Positions 12,488 through 25,124 of a stretch of 64,000 nt of DNA are shown piece by piece. The position numbers and the translations under genes were made by a program. The number at the start of each line of letters is the position of its first letter. The stretch's first letter is position 1. The DNA is from Trichoplax adhaerens (lineage: Eukaryota; Animalia; Placozoa). Under the pieces are notes generated by a model. The model made no database searches. It had not been told where the DNA came from and saw only the letters and a list, made by a program, of their open reading frames with translations. The stretch lies in assembly GCF_000150275.1 (NCBI RefSeq), contig NW_002060948.1, forward strand, positions 1,511,983 to 1,575,982, given 5' to 3'.

Positions 12488-14624
12488 TTAATTGTCTTTA
12501 TAAATGAAGAGAATATCGTCATCCGTACCATAGCTGTGTCTTGCTGCATCAAAATTTACAAGTAATGCTGCGCAAATATCTGCAACGCAATATACAATAT
12601 AATAAGACAATTACAATTCCTTATACTGAGATTATGTAAAAGTAGAAATCAAGAATTTGAAAAATTGTATTACCGCAATCAGATCCAGGATCCTTGTAAT
12701 ATATAATTTTTTCCCTCCGATTAAATCCACAAACGACAACAAAATGTCCTAAATTAACAGAAATACTACAATTAGTAACGTACAAATGAAAAATGAATCG
12801 CCAGCAAAATGAATAAGAGTTATCTTAATAGTGCTTTTTATAGAATTTACATAAAATTATCTATCACATCATCAAAAAAATTGCGGCAGTGAAGCGTGGA
12901 AGTAGAACTGCTTTCTGTAATGTTGTACGCATCACGAACGATGCTAGAAACAATCATTGAAATGTATATACAGTATAACGTACCAAGAAATTTATTAGAA
13001 AAAATTCGCAAGGAGAGTATCTTGTCGCTGATTGTAGAAAACATCTACAGCAATGAATAAATAGTGAATTGTGGCGTAAATATCCGAGTTTATATTAGTT
13101 TCAATAGGTCCAAATTCTACAGAATTTAAGTTATGTAGATACACTATTGAAGATCACCTTTTTCTTCATCTTCGCTTTGATGTCCGACCGATCCAAACAC
13201 CGTACAATATAGGCATTAATTAAGACTATAGCTACATTATTTTTAGCGATATGGTCTATAATTTCGTCTATCGATACCGTCCTAAAAAATGTGTGCATCA
13301 GAATTGTTGTAACATCAGTATAGATACAAAAACTAAAAAGCATGATCTATGTTTTGATTTAATTGACAAAGATGAGCTTGAAATAGAAGATAACGGGTGA
13401 CATTAAAATATCAATGCTAAATGTTTTAATAAGGGGATAAGTTATTTTTACATTATCATCTGGAGAGACTTCAATTAATGTACCTTTTTATGATCTGGAT
13501 CCCATGACTAGGCGCAAGCTTAAATAGTTTATTAATGCGAATTTTATCGGCTTCAAATTGATCGTTGTAATAATTCTAAAGAGATGAATGAAAAACGATA
13601 GCAACATATATATTGCTCTAATAAACGACCACATACAAGACTATTCGTATTTATAGATTTAAAAGAGCTATAGGATGGATTTGAAATTGTAATCAATATA
13701 CGCGTATAGACAATTTACCATAGTATTGTAATTTGGATCTGCACCAAGAGTCGTAGTAAAGAATGTACTCCTTACGTCATATTTTTGAAACAGATACGAT
13801 AGGTCTATGGTCCAAATCCTAAAAAATTAAAGGCAAAACGCGTGAAATTACAATCTCCCCTGCGATCGAATGCCTTGCACTGTACTCTATAAAACGCTGC
13901 GAAAAGATAACCGGCGAGAATAAATTTTTGATTCATTATACACGTACTTGTATATGTATTGGTCACAATTACAGCTGCTAAGTACTGAGGGTTTCATTAC
14001 CGAATTATCATCGGTGTAATTGTTGATAGGATATACTACCTAAACATCTATATGTATGCACAATCTATGTTTTACCCGTTTGTCGAATTTTTCGAATTGT
14101 AAATTTCATTGATGTATTCTTCATTAAATTGTCCATGGAAAAGATAACTGTAAATTGTTTGATCGAAACAACGATAATTTCCATAAGCAAGATAAGTATT
14201 TATATAGATATGATGATCATCAAGTAACAAGGAGGATGAGCACTATATAGATTAGTTATCTATTACTATGCGAAATGACATAAGCATGCATAAATTCTTG
14301 CATTGCTTTATTTTACCGTTAATACGCGTACATACCAGTACATCTATTTCAAAACAGAGGAATTATTTATCATGACATTAAACGCTGCTATAGTTTACAT
14401 GATGACTTTTATTATTGATTATCGTGGATTTACTTACTACTACTTCATAGCTGATAATATTAATAGAGCAAAGTCTGGATCAATCTTCGTTGTTTTATGA
14501 CAGTAAGATTGTAACTACTCGTATGTTCTTACCTAAGAGCCATTTTTGAGCTAGCAATGCCACAATCCCAATCGTGCCGCTGTCGAATGTGATGCATTTG
14601 AATAATGTAATCGCTATCATCCAT
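12488..14624 (-). CDS. GUCD1: GUCD1 (C22orf13-like), multi-exon
   Basis: HIRQRHDWDCGIASSKMAL (14624-14533), YLFHGQFNEEY (~14147-14076), IWTIDLSYLF...TTTLG (~13818-13719), TVSIDEIIDHI...AIVLIN, GHFVVVCGFN...YYKDP and ARHSYGTDDDILFIY* match GUCD1 motifs. Confidence 0.88.
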
Positions 14625-15491
14625 TCTAGCAGAGAAAATGGAACATTTGAAGCACGAATTACACCATTTTAAATAACTGCGCTCAGCCAATGTTACAGCT
14701 ACTATTATGAACGGGTAAGGAGTAAGTGTATCATGACTGTCTCTTAACACTTGAATGCTATATCCTGCATTGCCTCATCAATAAGATAGGAGCGTTGTTT
14801 GAATAGTACTGTATCTAGGATAGTCTGTTGACCTTGTTTCTGCAATCCACAATTTAATTTGTACTGTACTGTAAGTGGTCCACAAGATACCTAGTAAAAT
14901 AGCTAGTAAAATAGCATCCACAAAAATGCATGAGGATTTTAATTATCTTATCATAAGAGATAAATCTGACATATGCGTATACACTACAGTATGCGACTTG
15001 CATGCACCATTTTACATGGTATAAAGAAGCTATTATTTCTTTCGTTGTGCGTAAAGTTGAAATTTACATCCTTCACTAGTTATTATATTAGTGCAAAGAA
15101 TGAATATAGTCACTCCTTTGAATAAATCTAGTACACGATGTGGTCCATACCTTATCTTTAACTTGATTTATAAAAGAGGAGATATTTTTGATTCTCGAGC
15201 TTTTCAAGAAATTGATTGATTATCTAATTATAATTCTATCGACATTCGCATCACTATGATACAAGTTAGGAGACAGGAACAAGATGGAACACCATACTCC
15301 TACTTTGATTGCCCAATCACGCCTTGCTCACTAAACGATGAATTGATAGTACAGTATTGTAAAGTTGTTCATTAATTATATATATGGGTGTTATTAATTA
15401 TATATACAGTATCTTTGTTATTAGCCCATGATGAAGTATAGAGTCTATAGACCGTGGATAACGTTATATTATAACGGTCAATATTGCATTC

Positions 15492-15730
15492 TATACAGTA
15501 TCGTGATTGCGCAGTACTCCTATGTATCGTATTTCAAAGTAGAATTACAGTATAGAATTTAGAATTTATTATACGCACTGTACTAGTGGATTATAGCCGT
15601 TCAAATTTTTTTAATATACAGTATCATGATTGCGCAGTACTCCTATGTATCGTATTTCATAGTAGAATTACTGTATAGAATTTATACGCACTGTACTAGT
15701 GGATTATAGCCGTTCAAATTATTTTTAATA
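15492..15730. repeat. Tandem duplication, ~120-bp unit x2
   Basis: TGATTGCGCAGTACTCCTATGTATCGTATTTCA...ATACGCACTGTACTAGTGGATTATAGCCGTTCAAATT occurs twice. Confidence 0.9.
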
Positions 15731-16219
15731 TAATATTGATTGAGATATAGACTGTATTTTTATTGTTGATGATGACAGCATTATCGACGGGAATACTTTG
15801 GCTACAAAATTTGGTGGGATCGATCATTTGGGGGGTCATTCTACTATACACTAACACTGAAATCGTATTCTACACTGTACCAAAGTAAGCAATCAGCTAG
15901 TTGAAAAGACAATCGCGAATTGACGATTCTCGATTTTCAATTAGAGTAGGGCAAGAAAGCAAGTTGAAGAACACTCGGTATACCGTACACCAGTGTCCTC
16001 CTCCGCCACCTTGCATAAAGTTCGTAGAATATTTAAGAGAAAGCGTCATAGGACAGTTTCAGCTATGTATCCTAAGAACTTTATGTACGGTATAGCCATG
16101 ACAGCTATTACCATGAAAAATGATAAACTTTACTCTGTACGATTACAACAAAAATGTGTGGAAAATCATTGGAAAATATCCTGATATTACACTTAGAAAT
16201 CTCAAATGACTTTCCACAT

Positions 16220-16610
16220 ACCGTGTACAGTACAGTACAGCACAGTAAGGTGGTGGGGCTAGTGTACAGTGTACAGTGTACAGTAGAGTACAGTACAGTG
16301 TACTGTACTGTACACCTGTCGATGATTTTGGTTGGTAGAGGTACAGACAGATATGCGGACAGCATTGGCGGCAAAAGGAAGAAATCTTCCACAGGCAACT
16401 GTAAAATTCATTGTTTTCTATCGCCACTTGACAGGGTTACTACCCGAGAACCTGTCATTTACACTACTGTATACAGTAGTGTAGTGTAGTACTGGATACC
16501 GGCCGGGTACGGATAGTCAACGATTTTGAAGTACTATTGTGCAGTACAGTGTACAGTGTACAGTACAGTGGCTGTGTGACCGTATTGCACTGTAGTGCAC
16601 AATGTACAGG
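16220..16610. promoter_or_regulatory. TACAG/CTGTA cluster in the GUCD1/SNRPD3 divergent promoter
   Basis: Dense GTACAGT, TGTACA and GTACTGT runs at 16224-16315 and 16460-16570. Confidence 0.6.
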
Positions 16611-16728
16611 ATTCAGCAGCGACGATTTCGATTTTGGCGTCCCGTGCATTGATCCAGACGTTCAACTCACCAAAGGGAATCTTTAGCCATTGCATCCTCT
16701 AAATATCTCGTTTCATCGCTAGCTCAAA

Positions 16729-17684
16729 ATGTCCATCGGTATTCCAGTTAAGATCCTGCATGAAGCAGAAGGCCATGTAATAACCTTAGAAACAGTTAGC
16801 GGCGAAGTATATCGTGGTAAACTGTCAGAAGCGGAAGATAACATGAATTGTCAAATGTATTCAGTTAATGTAACTTATAGAGATGGTCGTACAGCGTATT
16901 TACAGCAAATTTTTGTTCGAGGTAGCAAAGTAAGGTTTATAGTTATACCTGACATGTTAAAGAACGCACCAATGTTTAAGAAAACCAGTAATAAAGCAGA
17001 ATTGGGTAAATCAGCAATCCTAAAGGCTCAAGGTAATACCAATGTTTGCTTGCTCAAAAATGTAAATCCCAATTTGAACTACAGTATATTGTACCATATA
17101 ACGCAGTTAGTGGAGATGCGTTGCTAGAGTAGTACTATATCATCTTTACAATTGTGATATCGATACTAGAGGACTTTATGTCTGGATGATTTAATTGCGT
17201 TCTACGCTAAATTTATATGTCGGAGTGGAGTTGGATCAGGTCTTGTAAATATGCGTACTTGTAACCGTGTAGGATGCTACATGTGGGTAGTGAATACATA
17301 TACGGTCATAGCTTTCGACAGCACTAGTGTAGACGTTAAGCAACAGTTTCTGAAGGTTTATTTTATTCGTAAACTATTTGCTAATTCCCTTTACCGATAG
17401 TCAAGATATTTGCTATGGTATAATTACCAATGAAATATCTTACATGCAGAGAACCTTCGTTAAATTGGAGCCTAAGAAATCGTTACAAAGCCATTTTGTG
17501 CGATCTTAACTAAAGTTAAAACTTGCTATTCATGATTTGTGACGTTTTCAGGCTAAATATTCTCTTTTTATCTATAGCTGCTGCTCGAGGAAGAGGTGGT
17601 AGAGGTGACAGAGGTGGTAGAGGTGATAGAGGTGGCCGAGGATCAAGGGGTCGAGGAGGTGGAGTTTTCCATCGAAGGAATTAA
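16729..17684 (+). CDS. SNRPD3: Spliceosomal Sm protein D3; exons 16729-17032 and 17578-17684
   Basis: [22 protein letters not shown]...[21 protein letters not shown]. The second exon encodes the RG-rich tail [28 protein letters not shown]. Confidence 0.97.
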
Positions 17685-18564
17685 ATCCTATCACTGTTTT
17701 GTTATATAATGCGTTTTGTAGATTATTATAGGTTATTCCCAAATTGCATTCGTATTTCTGTATTGATTCCTAACCTTATGATTCCAGTTTCACGTGCTAT
17801 AGGGATAGAATACAGTATTGTAATGATTCAAGCGACTTAACTTTATAAGTAAACATAACTACGAACCTCTTTAACTCTTTTTGCGATATCCGTTTATTTA
17901 TACGGATCCCTTAAGTAATATAAAATATCTCAAGGTTCCTTTGTTGAGATTTGCGCAAGAAATTATTCACTCATTTGCCATGTGTATGATATTGTGAAAT
18001 AAATTGGCTTGAACGAATTATACAGTACATAGGTTAGAGTTGAACTGTGATGCAACCTTATATAAATTCTTACGCAGTACTGTATATTTAAAATTGGTTA
18101 GATTTTAAGAATTGTTCACATTGATCTTCTATTGGTGAGTTACACATAAGTAGGCGATGTAAAATAAATACCAGATATTTTAAGGTATTGTAGTAATAAG
18201 TAGTGATCTTTAAATGTTTCTCTAAAGCGAGGTAATTGAAGCGACTGATGTTATGTATTTTATTGTTATCGTAATATTAATATGCAGTGATTAGACTCGA
18301 TGAAGTGGTTGCAACTCAGGTAATTATTTCGACACGTTGGTAGAGTATATGTTAGTAACTTTTTATTGTAATGTCACCAGTTAGCATCCGATGTTAGATA
18401 AGTAGAAGACTTTCTTCTTAAAATTTTAATGCTCAGTATAGATCGTTTGGCATAATGTACGATAAATTTACAAGAAACCTCTTACCGATATTATTGCTAA
18501 ATTCTAACAATATCTAAAGTATTCACATTAAGATTCCAAGCGTAAATATACATTACTTGAAACT

Positions 18565-18872
18565 CACAAAATTTTAACGCAAGACCTAAATCAGTCGTAA
18601 TGCATGAATTATAATGTTATGATTAAGTCAGATTCAAAACATTATAACAGTAAAAACCAAAATCGTATTGTACTGAATATTTAAGCGTACATCAAAACTT
18701 GAAGGAGTTACAATGGTTAATGTCATAAAATTTTAACGTAAGACATAAATCAACCGTAATACATGAATTATAATGGTATGACTAAGTCAGATACAACACA
18801 TTATAACAGCAAAAGGCAAATGAGTACTGTATTTTACATTTACGTCAAACTTTAAGGAGTTACAATGGTTAA
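18565..18872. repeat. Diverged tandem duplication, ~155-bp unit x2
   Basis: AAATTTTAACG...CATGAATTATAATG...AAGGAGTTACAATGGTTAA occurs twice. Confidence 0.85.
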
Positions 18873-19208
18873 AGTAGGACTTCAACAAAAAATAAATAAA
18901 TTATTATCTACCGTTTTCAAGTACTGTACTGTATAATATTTTCGTTATTACAACGTATAAAATGCTTCATTGGGTAAATACCGCCAACACTCAAGGAATC
19001 GTTACACTTCATGCTGTAGAGTACATATAAAAACTTGGGATTATAATTATATGTTGCTAAGGTCAAAGACATTTAAATTAATGAGTAAAAATATTTTAAC
19101 AAACAATATATTCACACGTTGAAAAGACTCAATTGAGGATAATAACCATAGAGTAGTTAGTATAATGACGGAATGGAAACAGTAGTCTTAGCAAAAGTCT
19201 CTGAATCA

Positions 19209-22200
19209 CTACCTCATCATACATCTGCCTCCACTTGGTAAACTAATCGTTCCAAGTGTAGTTTGATTTGCATCAATGTTGGAGATGTATCTAATACTTT
19301 GTTTAGCATTATCGCAACTCTTTATGGCTTGTAAATATATTATTATTACGCTGACATTGTCAGCACGTAGGCCTTTTTTTTCACATGCAGCCAATACTCG
19401 ATTGATTAAAGTTTCGGTCATGCTTCCTACTATATCTGTAGATCGATTACTATAACAGCACGAAGCAATATGGTTAATAACTTTTTCTGGCGATAAAACA
19501 TTCCATAAGCCATCAGTACCCAAAACGATGAAAAGATCATGATTGGGGTCTAAAGTATGGTACGAGACATCAGGAATAGGAGATACCGCAAATTGTTTAT
19601 GGAATGGTTCAAAACTCCATAAATCACCAAGGGAACGCGAAATATTGAGAAAAGGCACTACCTCGATTTTGGTACTTCTTCTAACGCGACCACGATGCTT
19701 TTTAGGTATACGCTTCCACGCAACTCTGCATTCACGGCCACCGAAATAATTGATCCTATGGGCAACAATACCACCTAGTGCCTCAATACGTTTTCTTTCT
19801 TTCTCAAACTCAGGCTTATGCTCTTGAGTTAAGCGGACTATTTGAAATTGGGGTAAATCAGGAGATTTTTTCGCCATTATAGCTGCAGAATCGCCAAGAT
19901 GAGCTACATATATTCTGCCATCGCGTAGTATTATCGATGTTACTGTTGTACCAGCTGTACTCGGTAAATCAGTATTTTTATACGGTGGCCAAGATTCTAA
20001 AATTTAATGCAGAAATTATAGTACATCAGTTTTGCAGTCATTATGATATAATTCTTAAATATGAAACCATATATGCAAGTGCTGTAATGAAGTAGAAATG
20101 GTACTGCAGAGGCATTTTATTAATTGGTGATAGACTTGATCGTGTGCATACCTGTAGTTGTAATAGACTACAAAATGCACAAGTTGCATAATAAAATATA
20201 ATGCTGCACCTTCAGTAGCGAAATAATTTAATAGTAAACTAGAGATGTACGTAGTGATCATGTTCCGGACAACAAGTTATGTTCATAACCTCTGCACTCC
20301 TTACTAACTGCTGCTAGATGTGTATTTTACTGCAGTAAAATTTTTTCAACATTGACAATCCCACCCCCTCCCCTCTCTCCGAAAAGCAATATCTTTCTCG
20401 GTAAATACTAAAATAAAGCATGAAATGGTTCAGCATCAGGTAAATTCATTCAATTCAGTGGCATTAAAAATACGTACACAACACATATTACTGCAAACTG
20501 TTCATTCTCAGCTGTTCAACCTCACAGGTGTTTTAAGAAGTAAAAACTAGTCTCTACATTATGGCCACAGATTTACTAAATTTCCATCGACCGAATAGCA
20601 ACCGTTGCTGAGGGGTTTTATAGTAGGGCATGGACAGGAGGATTCACATCATAAAGTGTACAACCGGGTAAAATCATTATAAAACAAATAGACTATATGC
20701 GTACAAAGTAGACAACTGATTGTTATGCAAAGTATTGAAACAACAATTAATTAATTCTTTAGGAATATTATAATTATACTATTAATTATAATGAAGTAAA
20801 GCGTCTGGACCTAATAAACTTCGAAAGGGTTTCCGTTAAGATTGAATTAGTGAATGTTGTAACGATAAATGAAATATCAAATATATACAATTTCCTAAGA
20901 TTACTCGACAGCATAACACAGCATAGCCTAAAAGTGATGCTTNNNNNNNNNNNNNNNNNNNNNNNNNNNNNNNNNNNNNNNNNNNNNNNNNNNNNNNNNN
21001 NNNNNNNNNNNNNNNNNNNNNNNNNNNNNNNNNNNNNNNNNNNNNNNNNNNNNNNNNNNNNNNNNNNNNNNNNNNNNNNNNNNNNNNNNNNNNNNNNNNN
21101 NNAGTAGTTTACGTAGTTTAGCAGGTTGTGAATGAAAATTTTACTATTTATAGCAATAGTAGAAATCTACAGTAAAACAGGAACTTGTGAATACTGCAAT
21201 GAGCGCCTTTGGAAATTGCATCTAAAATGGATAAAAATGGATAAAAATGGACGTGAGCTTATACGCTTGACCGTCTTTAGTACTCATAGTCACGTGAGCA
21301 CAGAACAAGTTAGATCAAGTTTACGAATGTTTTTATTAATTAATGAACTATATATTGCGATGCAATATAAGACAGTGGCGGCGCAATATATACTTAACAT
21401 ACTCTATAAATAAATTCTGCAGGAACGAATATGCCTGAAATGCTCGTTTGCTCATAGATTTTATCATTCATGATCTATTCTCAAATTGAATGCCATTTAT
21501 GCTTCAGTAACGATGCTGGAAACACCGTGTATTTAATGATTTCTTATTAATTAATGCCTATCTCTGTCTATGGAGCTACGATCCTCATTTCTTATTCTGT
21601 GTTTCGTGTTTTGAATGATATACGTACGTGTAAATAACAATTAAGCACATTTTTATTTACATTTGATTATTTACTGAAAGTCCCTTGATATCAATTTTAC
21701 GATGAAATTTAAATTCACGTTGGGAACGTGAAGGAAATAGATCTCTGAAGAGCCAGGATGAGCAACAAAAGTACGTGGATGATGAAATTGCTCGGGAATG
21801 TTGTACCCTCGTATATGTAGAAAAAAAGATTGCGCCAGTGCCAGATCGTATCATGTAGTATAGCGTCGGGACTGAAAGGGATTAACTGCCGACAGCTTTA
21901 AGTTATACAATAGTTCTAGCACTAAGTTCGTCTCTGGCGTTTTTTAACAATATGATTCCAAAGATTGAAAATAAAAATAATGAATAGTCTATTATCTGCC
22001 ATTTATCGAGTAATGTGATTGCTAATAGATGAAATCGAAATATAAAGCAACTCTAACGGATAATTGAATGATAAAGTTTGACCGTTAAGTAATAGGATAT
22101 TATTGCTCAAAGTTACCAGGATGACAGTTTAAAACTGTTCAATTTTTCTTTGAGAATCAATCCATTAAGTGATTTATGAAGCAATATATAGCAGTCTTTA

Positions 22201-22941
22201 CTTAAGATCTTAAACAAAAATGGCTAAAATCGGTCTTGAAGCGAAGGCTTACATGATCAACTTCGAAATACCATAAAACTATACTTGCACTGAACTATGA
22301 TTTACTGCAAAATTTGACCCAAATTAAAGTCATTGACATGCGAATAAAGTTTAATGAATTGGTATCGAAAGAAGTCTCCAAACTGATAGTATAACATGGT
22401 TCCTATTGAGTTCTAGCTGTTTTTATTCTGAACGTCTGTCATTTGTATAGACGCACTGAATATTTTATACAGTGCAATAATTATAATAAATAAGCAACAA
22501 AGAAAACCGTACTGACGACCGGTGTTTTAAGTTCATCCTATTTCGGATAGCTACACACGGTGTTAAGCGTATCCTAATCACCTATTTTCAAATAAAAGTA
22601 GGATACTATAGAGCTAACAAACCTCTTTGCTTCCACATTGCATTTTGAGTTTCTGCAAAGCCTTTCCTAATTGCATCGACAACAGATGGAGGTGAAGCAG
22701 AGTGAAATCCTCGCTGCTTTTTAATAGCTTTCCATAAGTAATCTCTAGCAAAAGTAGCAGCATGGCTACCACCATGACCATCAAACACAGCGAAAAACGC
22801 TGGACCACGGAGACTCCCTTCTTTGGCGTTCTCGAATACCACCGAAGTCTTGTCTTCCATGCCTTGGCGTGCTCCTTGATTTGCTTCACCGTATACGCGA
22901 ATTAAGAAGCGAGATGTTGATTTATCGGTTTCAAACTGCAT
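19209..22941 (-). CDS. PPM1D: PP2C-delta / Wip1 phosphatase; exons 22941-22623 and 19996-19209 (368 aa)
   Basis: PP2C motifs [31 protein letters not shown] and ADN. It also has the Wip1-specific basic loop [38 protein letters not shown]. Confidence 0.92.
20943..21102. other. Assembly gap (160 N) inside the PPM1D intron
   Basis: Run of N bases. Confidence 1.
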
Positions 22942-24184
22942 TATCAAAGTAATGATTATGATATTACAATGTCTAATATCTTGGTTTCTTTCGCTATTGG
23001 TAGTAATGGATGCTCAGTTTACCGGTAAGAATAGAGTTTTATATTGCGTTGATATATTGTATACTTGTATATACCAAACATAAAAGTATGACAGTTTATG
23101 ATATTTCGTTTTGTACTAGCGTTGATTATAATTACTGCAGAAGATGATGTGCTGCAATGCACAAGCACAAATGATAGCAATCGACTTGTAATATACAAGA
23201 GATAATCTTGAATTGACGCCTTTCACGTTTTAGAATAACTGCGAGTACGCGTATCTTGATTTAACGAGAATAGATGGGCAATGAAAGCAGAATTCGTCTA
23301 TCGGTTAATCTCCATAACATCCATGTTATAAGTTATTGAATAAACTGTAATGCTGTACAGTAGTTTCATGATCTAAGTATCTTTTTGGGGGCTTGTTGTA
23401 CCACCACAGAATACTGATTACATATTATTATTAAGTAATTTAGCCATGATTTTTCCTTGAATGTCTTTATTACTGTGACCAGAAAATCGATGGTGTTGAA
23501 TAGCTAATTTGGTATGAAAAGTACAGTGCAAAAAACCAAAGTCTTTATAACATATGGCAGTCTCTAATCAATTGATGATGCCTACAGCCACTTTATTTCA
23601 AGCTTACCAATATAATTACAAAACAGTTACTAATGACGAGATAATTATTTGTAAGTTTACTGCAGGAGTAGTAGGTACTCTAATAGCTGTTATTTTTTTT
23701 TTTTTACTGGACGCTTACTCATTAATTATTGTCAATTGAATTACTTAGCACGTCAACATGACTGTATAAGGTTACAGTCTGCACATCAATCAAAGCTGTA
23801 AGACGTTTTCAATTTTGGAAGTATCTCTTGACGTGATTGCAATGTTCACAATTTGATGTACTTTTAATCGATTATTACTATTATGGTATTTTGGACAATG
23901 GATGAGTTTCGATACTCTCTCTCTGATGCTTTTACTTGAAGTTTCTTGTAACGGCGATTTTCATCAGGTAGTCTTTACCAAGGCAAATTTGATTTTCAGC
24001 CAAGCAGGAAGTGATTAAGTCGTTTTTAGAATACTATCCAACCTGGATTACATTGGATGTACTGTATTTAGTCCCGTTGTTTTACCAAGGACACCTTGCA
24101 CAAGAGGAAAAATAATTTGGACGTGTTTATATTCGATGGCTTGACTGTTTATATAGGCATGAGTACAATGCAGTGCCATAGTCA

Positions 24185-24910
24185 CCAGTCCTGTACTGTA
24201 CAATACAGTACGGTATAGGACAGGATAGTTGTCGCATACAGTCTATAGTACAACGACCAAGACCGAACACCACTCGATCTCCACTTCCAATACTCTACTG
24301 TAGCAATTGTGACTCATGCAAATCGAGGAGTCGTATTGTCCTGTTTAAACATGTTCAATGTTTACTGTTGTCTGTCGCTGTGCCTGTGCTGGCTGGACTG
24401 CAGTTCATGATGCACAGTTTTACTGTAGTGATGCAGTCATATTGTACACCACAATAAGTTATTGCTGCTAAAGTACTACCATCGTCATTTCATGACCGAT
24501 TTCTCGATACTGCCATCAGGGACTTCTAAGACTAGTATTACTATACGTAGTCTTTAGAAATCTCTGCTGCCATACTGTACATTTTCGGATCGGATTTCGG
24601 ATTTTATGTAGCACTTTCAATCGGATTAAATGTTTAGTCGTAGTGGGGTTACAATACACTACATCAGACCTCTGCAAATGAAAGTTCAAAGTAAGCCCAG
24701 GTAAGCCTAAAAGTTCAAAGTAAGCTTAAGCCCCAGTGACAGCAAATTTCAGCCAGCCCAATGCATACTGTACAGTAGGTCTGCTGAGTGTACAGTACAC
24801 ACTGCACTCAGTGTACTGTACACTGTACACTGTAACCTACAGTACTGTACAAGAATCGACTAGCAGTTCAGTACAGTACCGTACAGTATCAACTACGTGT
24901 ACAGTACATG
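24185..24910. promoter_or_regulatory. TACAG/CTGTA clusters in the PPM1D/C1D divergent promoter
   Basis: Runs at about 24190-24245 and 24765-24908. Confidence 0.55.
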
Positions 24911-25124
24911 GGAGATTGCCGGAGAACGCAGATTACCGCCTGGGTCTGGAAGGCTTACTGTACCGGACGCACGTAACGTTTCAAGGTGAGCTCTTGCTAG
25001 GTTGTGTTGCATGGAGTGAACACGAGTTGCATGACTTGCATCTCAACGAATATTGAATGACTCAAGCTTTGATGTGACACAACCGAAACCTCGACAGAAT
25101 TACGTATCTACGCTAGGAAACATC

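Noticed and set aside
13947-14343. Apparent GUCD1 exon YPINNYTDDNSV... plus an 8-nt micro-exon
   Set aside because: The exon at about 14147-14076 (YLFHGQFNEEY...) fits both splice phases and the expected homology without them.
15901-16649. ORFs rich in VQYSTVLYCT (also 464-646, 24736-25056, 32635-32880, 52028-52247, 53202-53393, 63453-63830)
   Set aside because: These are translations of the TACAG/CTGTA repeats in promoter DNA, with no protein-like features.
17590-17640. AGAGGTGGTAGAGGTGA repeat
   Set aside because: It encodes the normal RG-rich tail of SmD3 and is not an independent element.
20850-21107. ORF running into X residues
   Set aside because: Artefact of the N gap.
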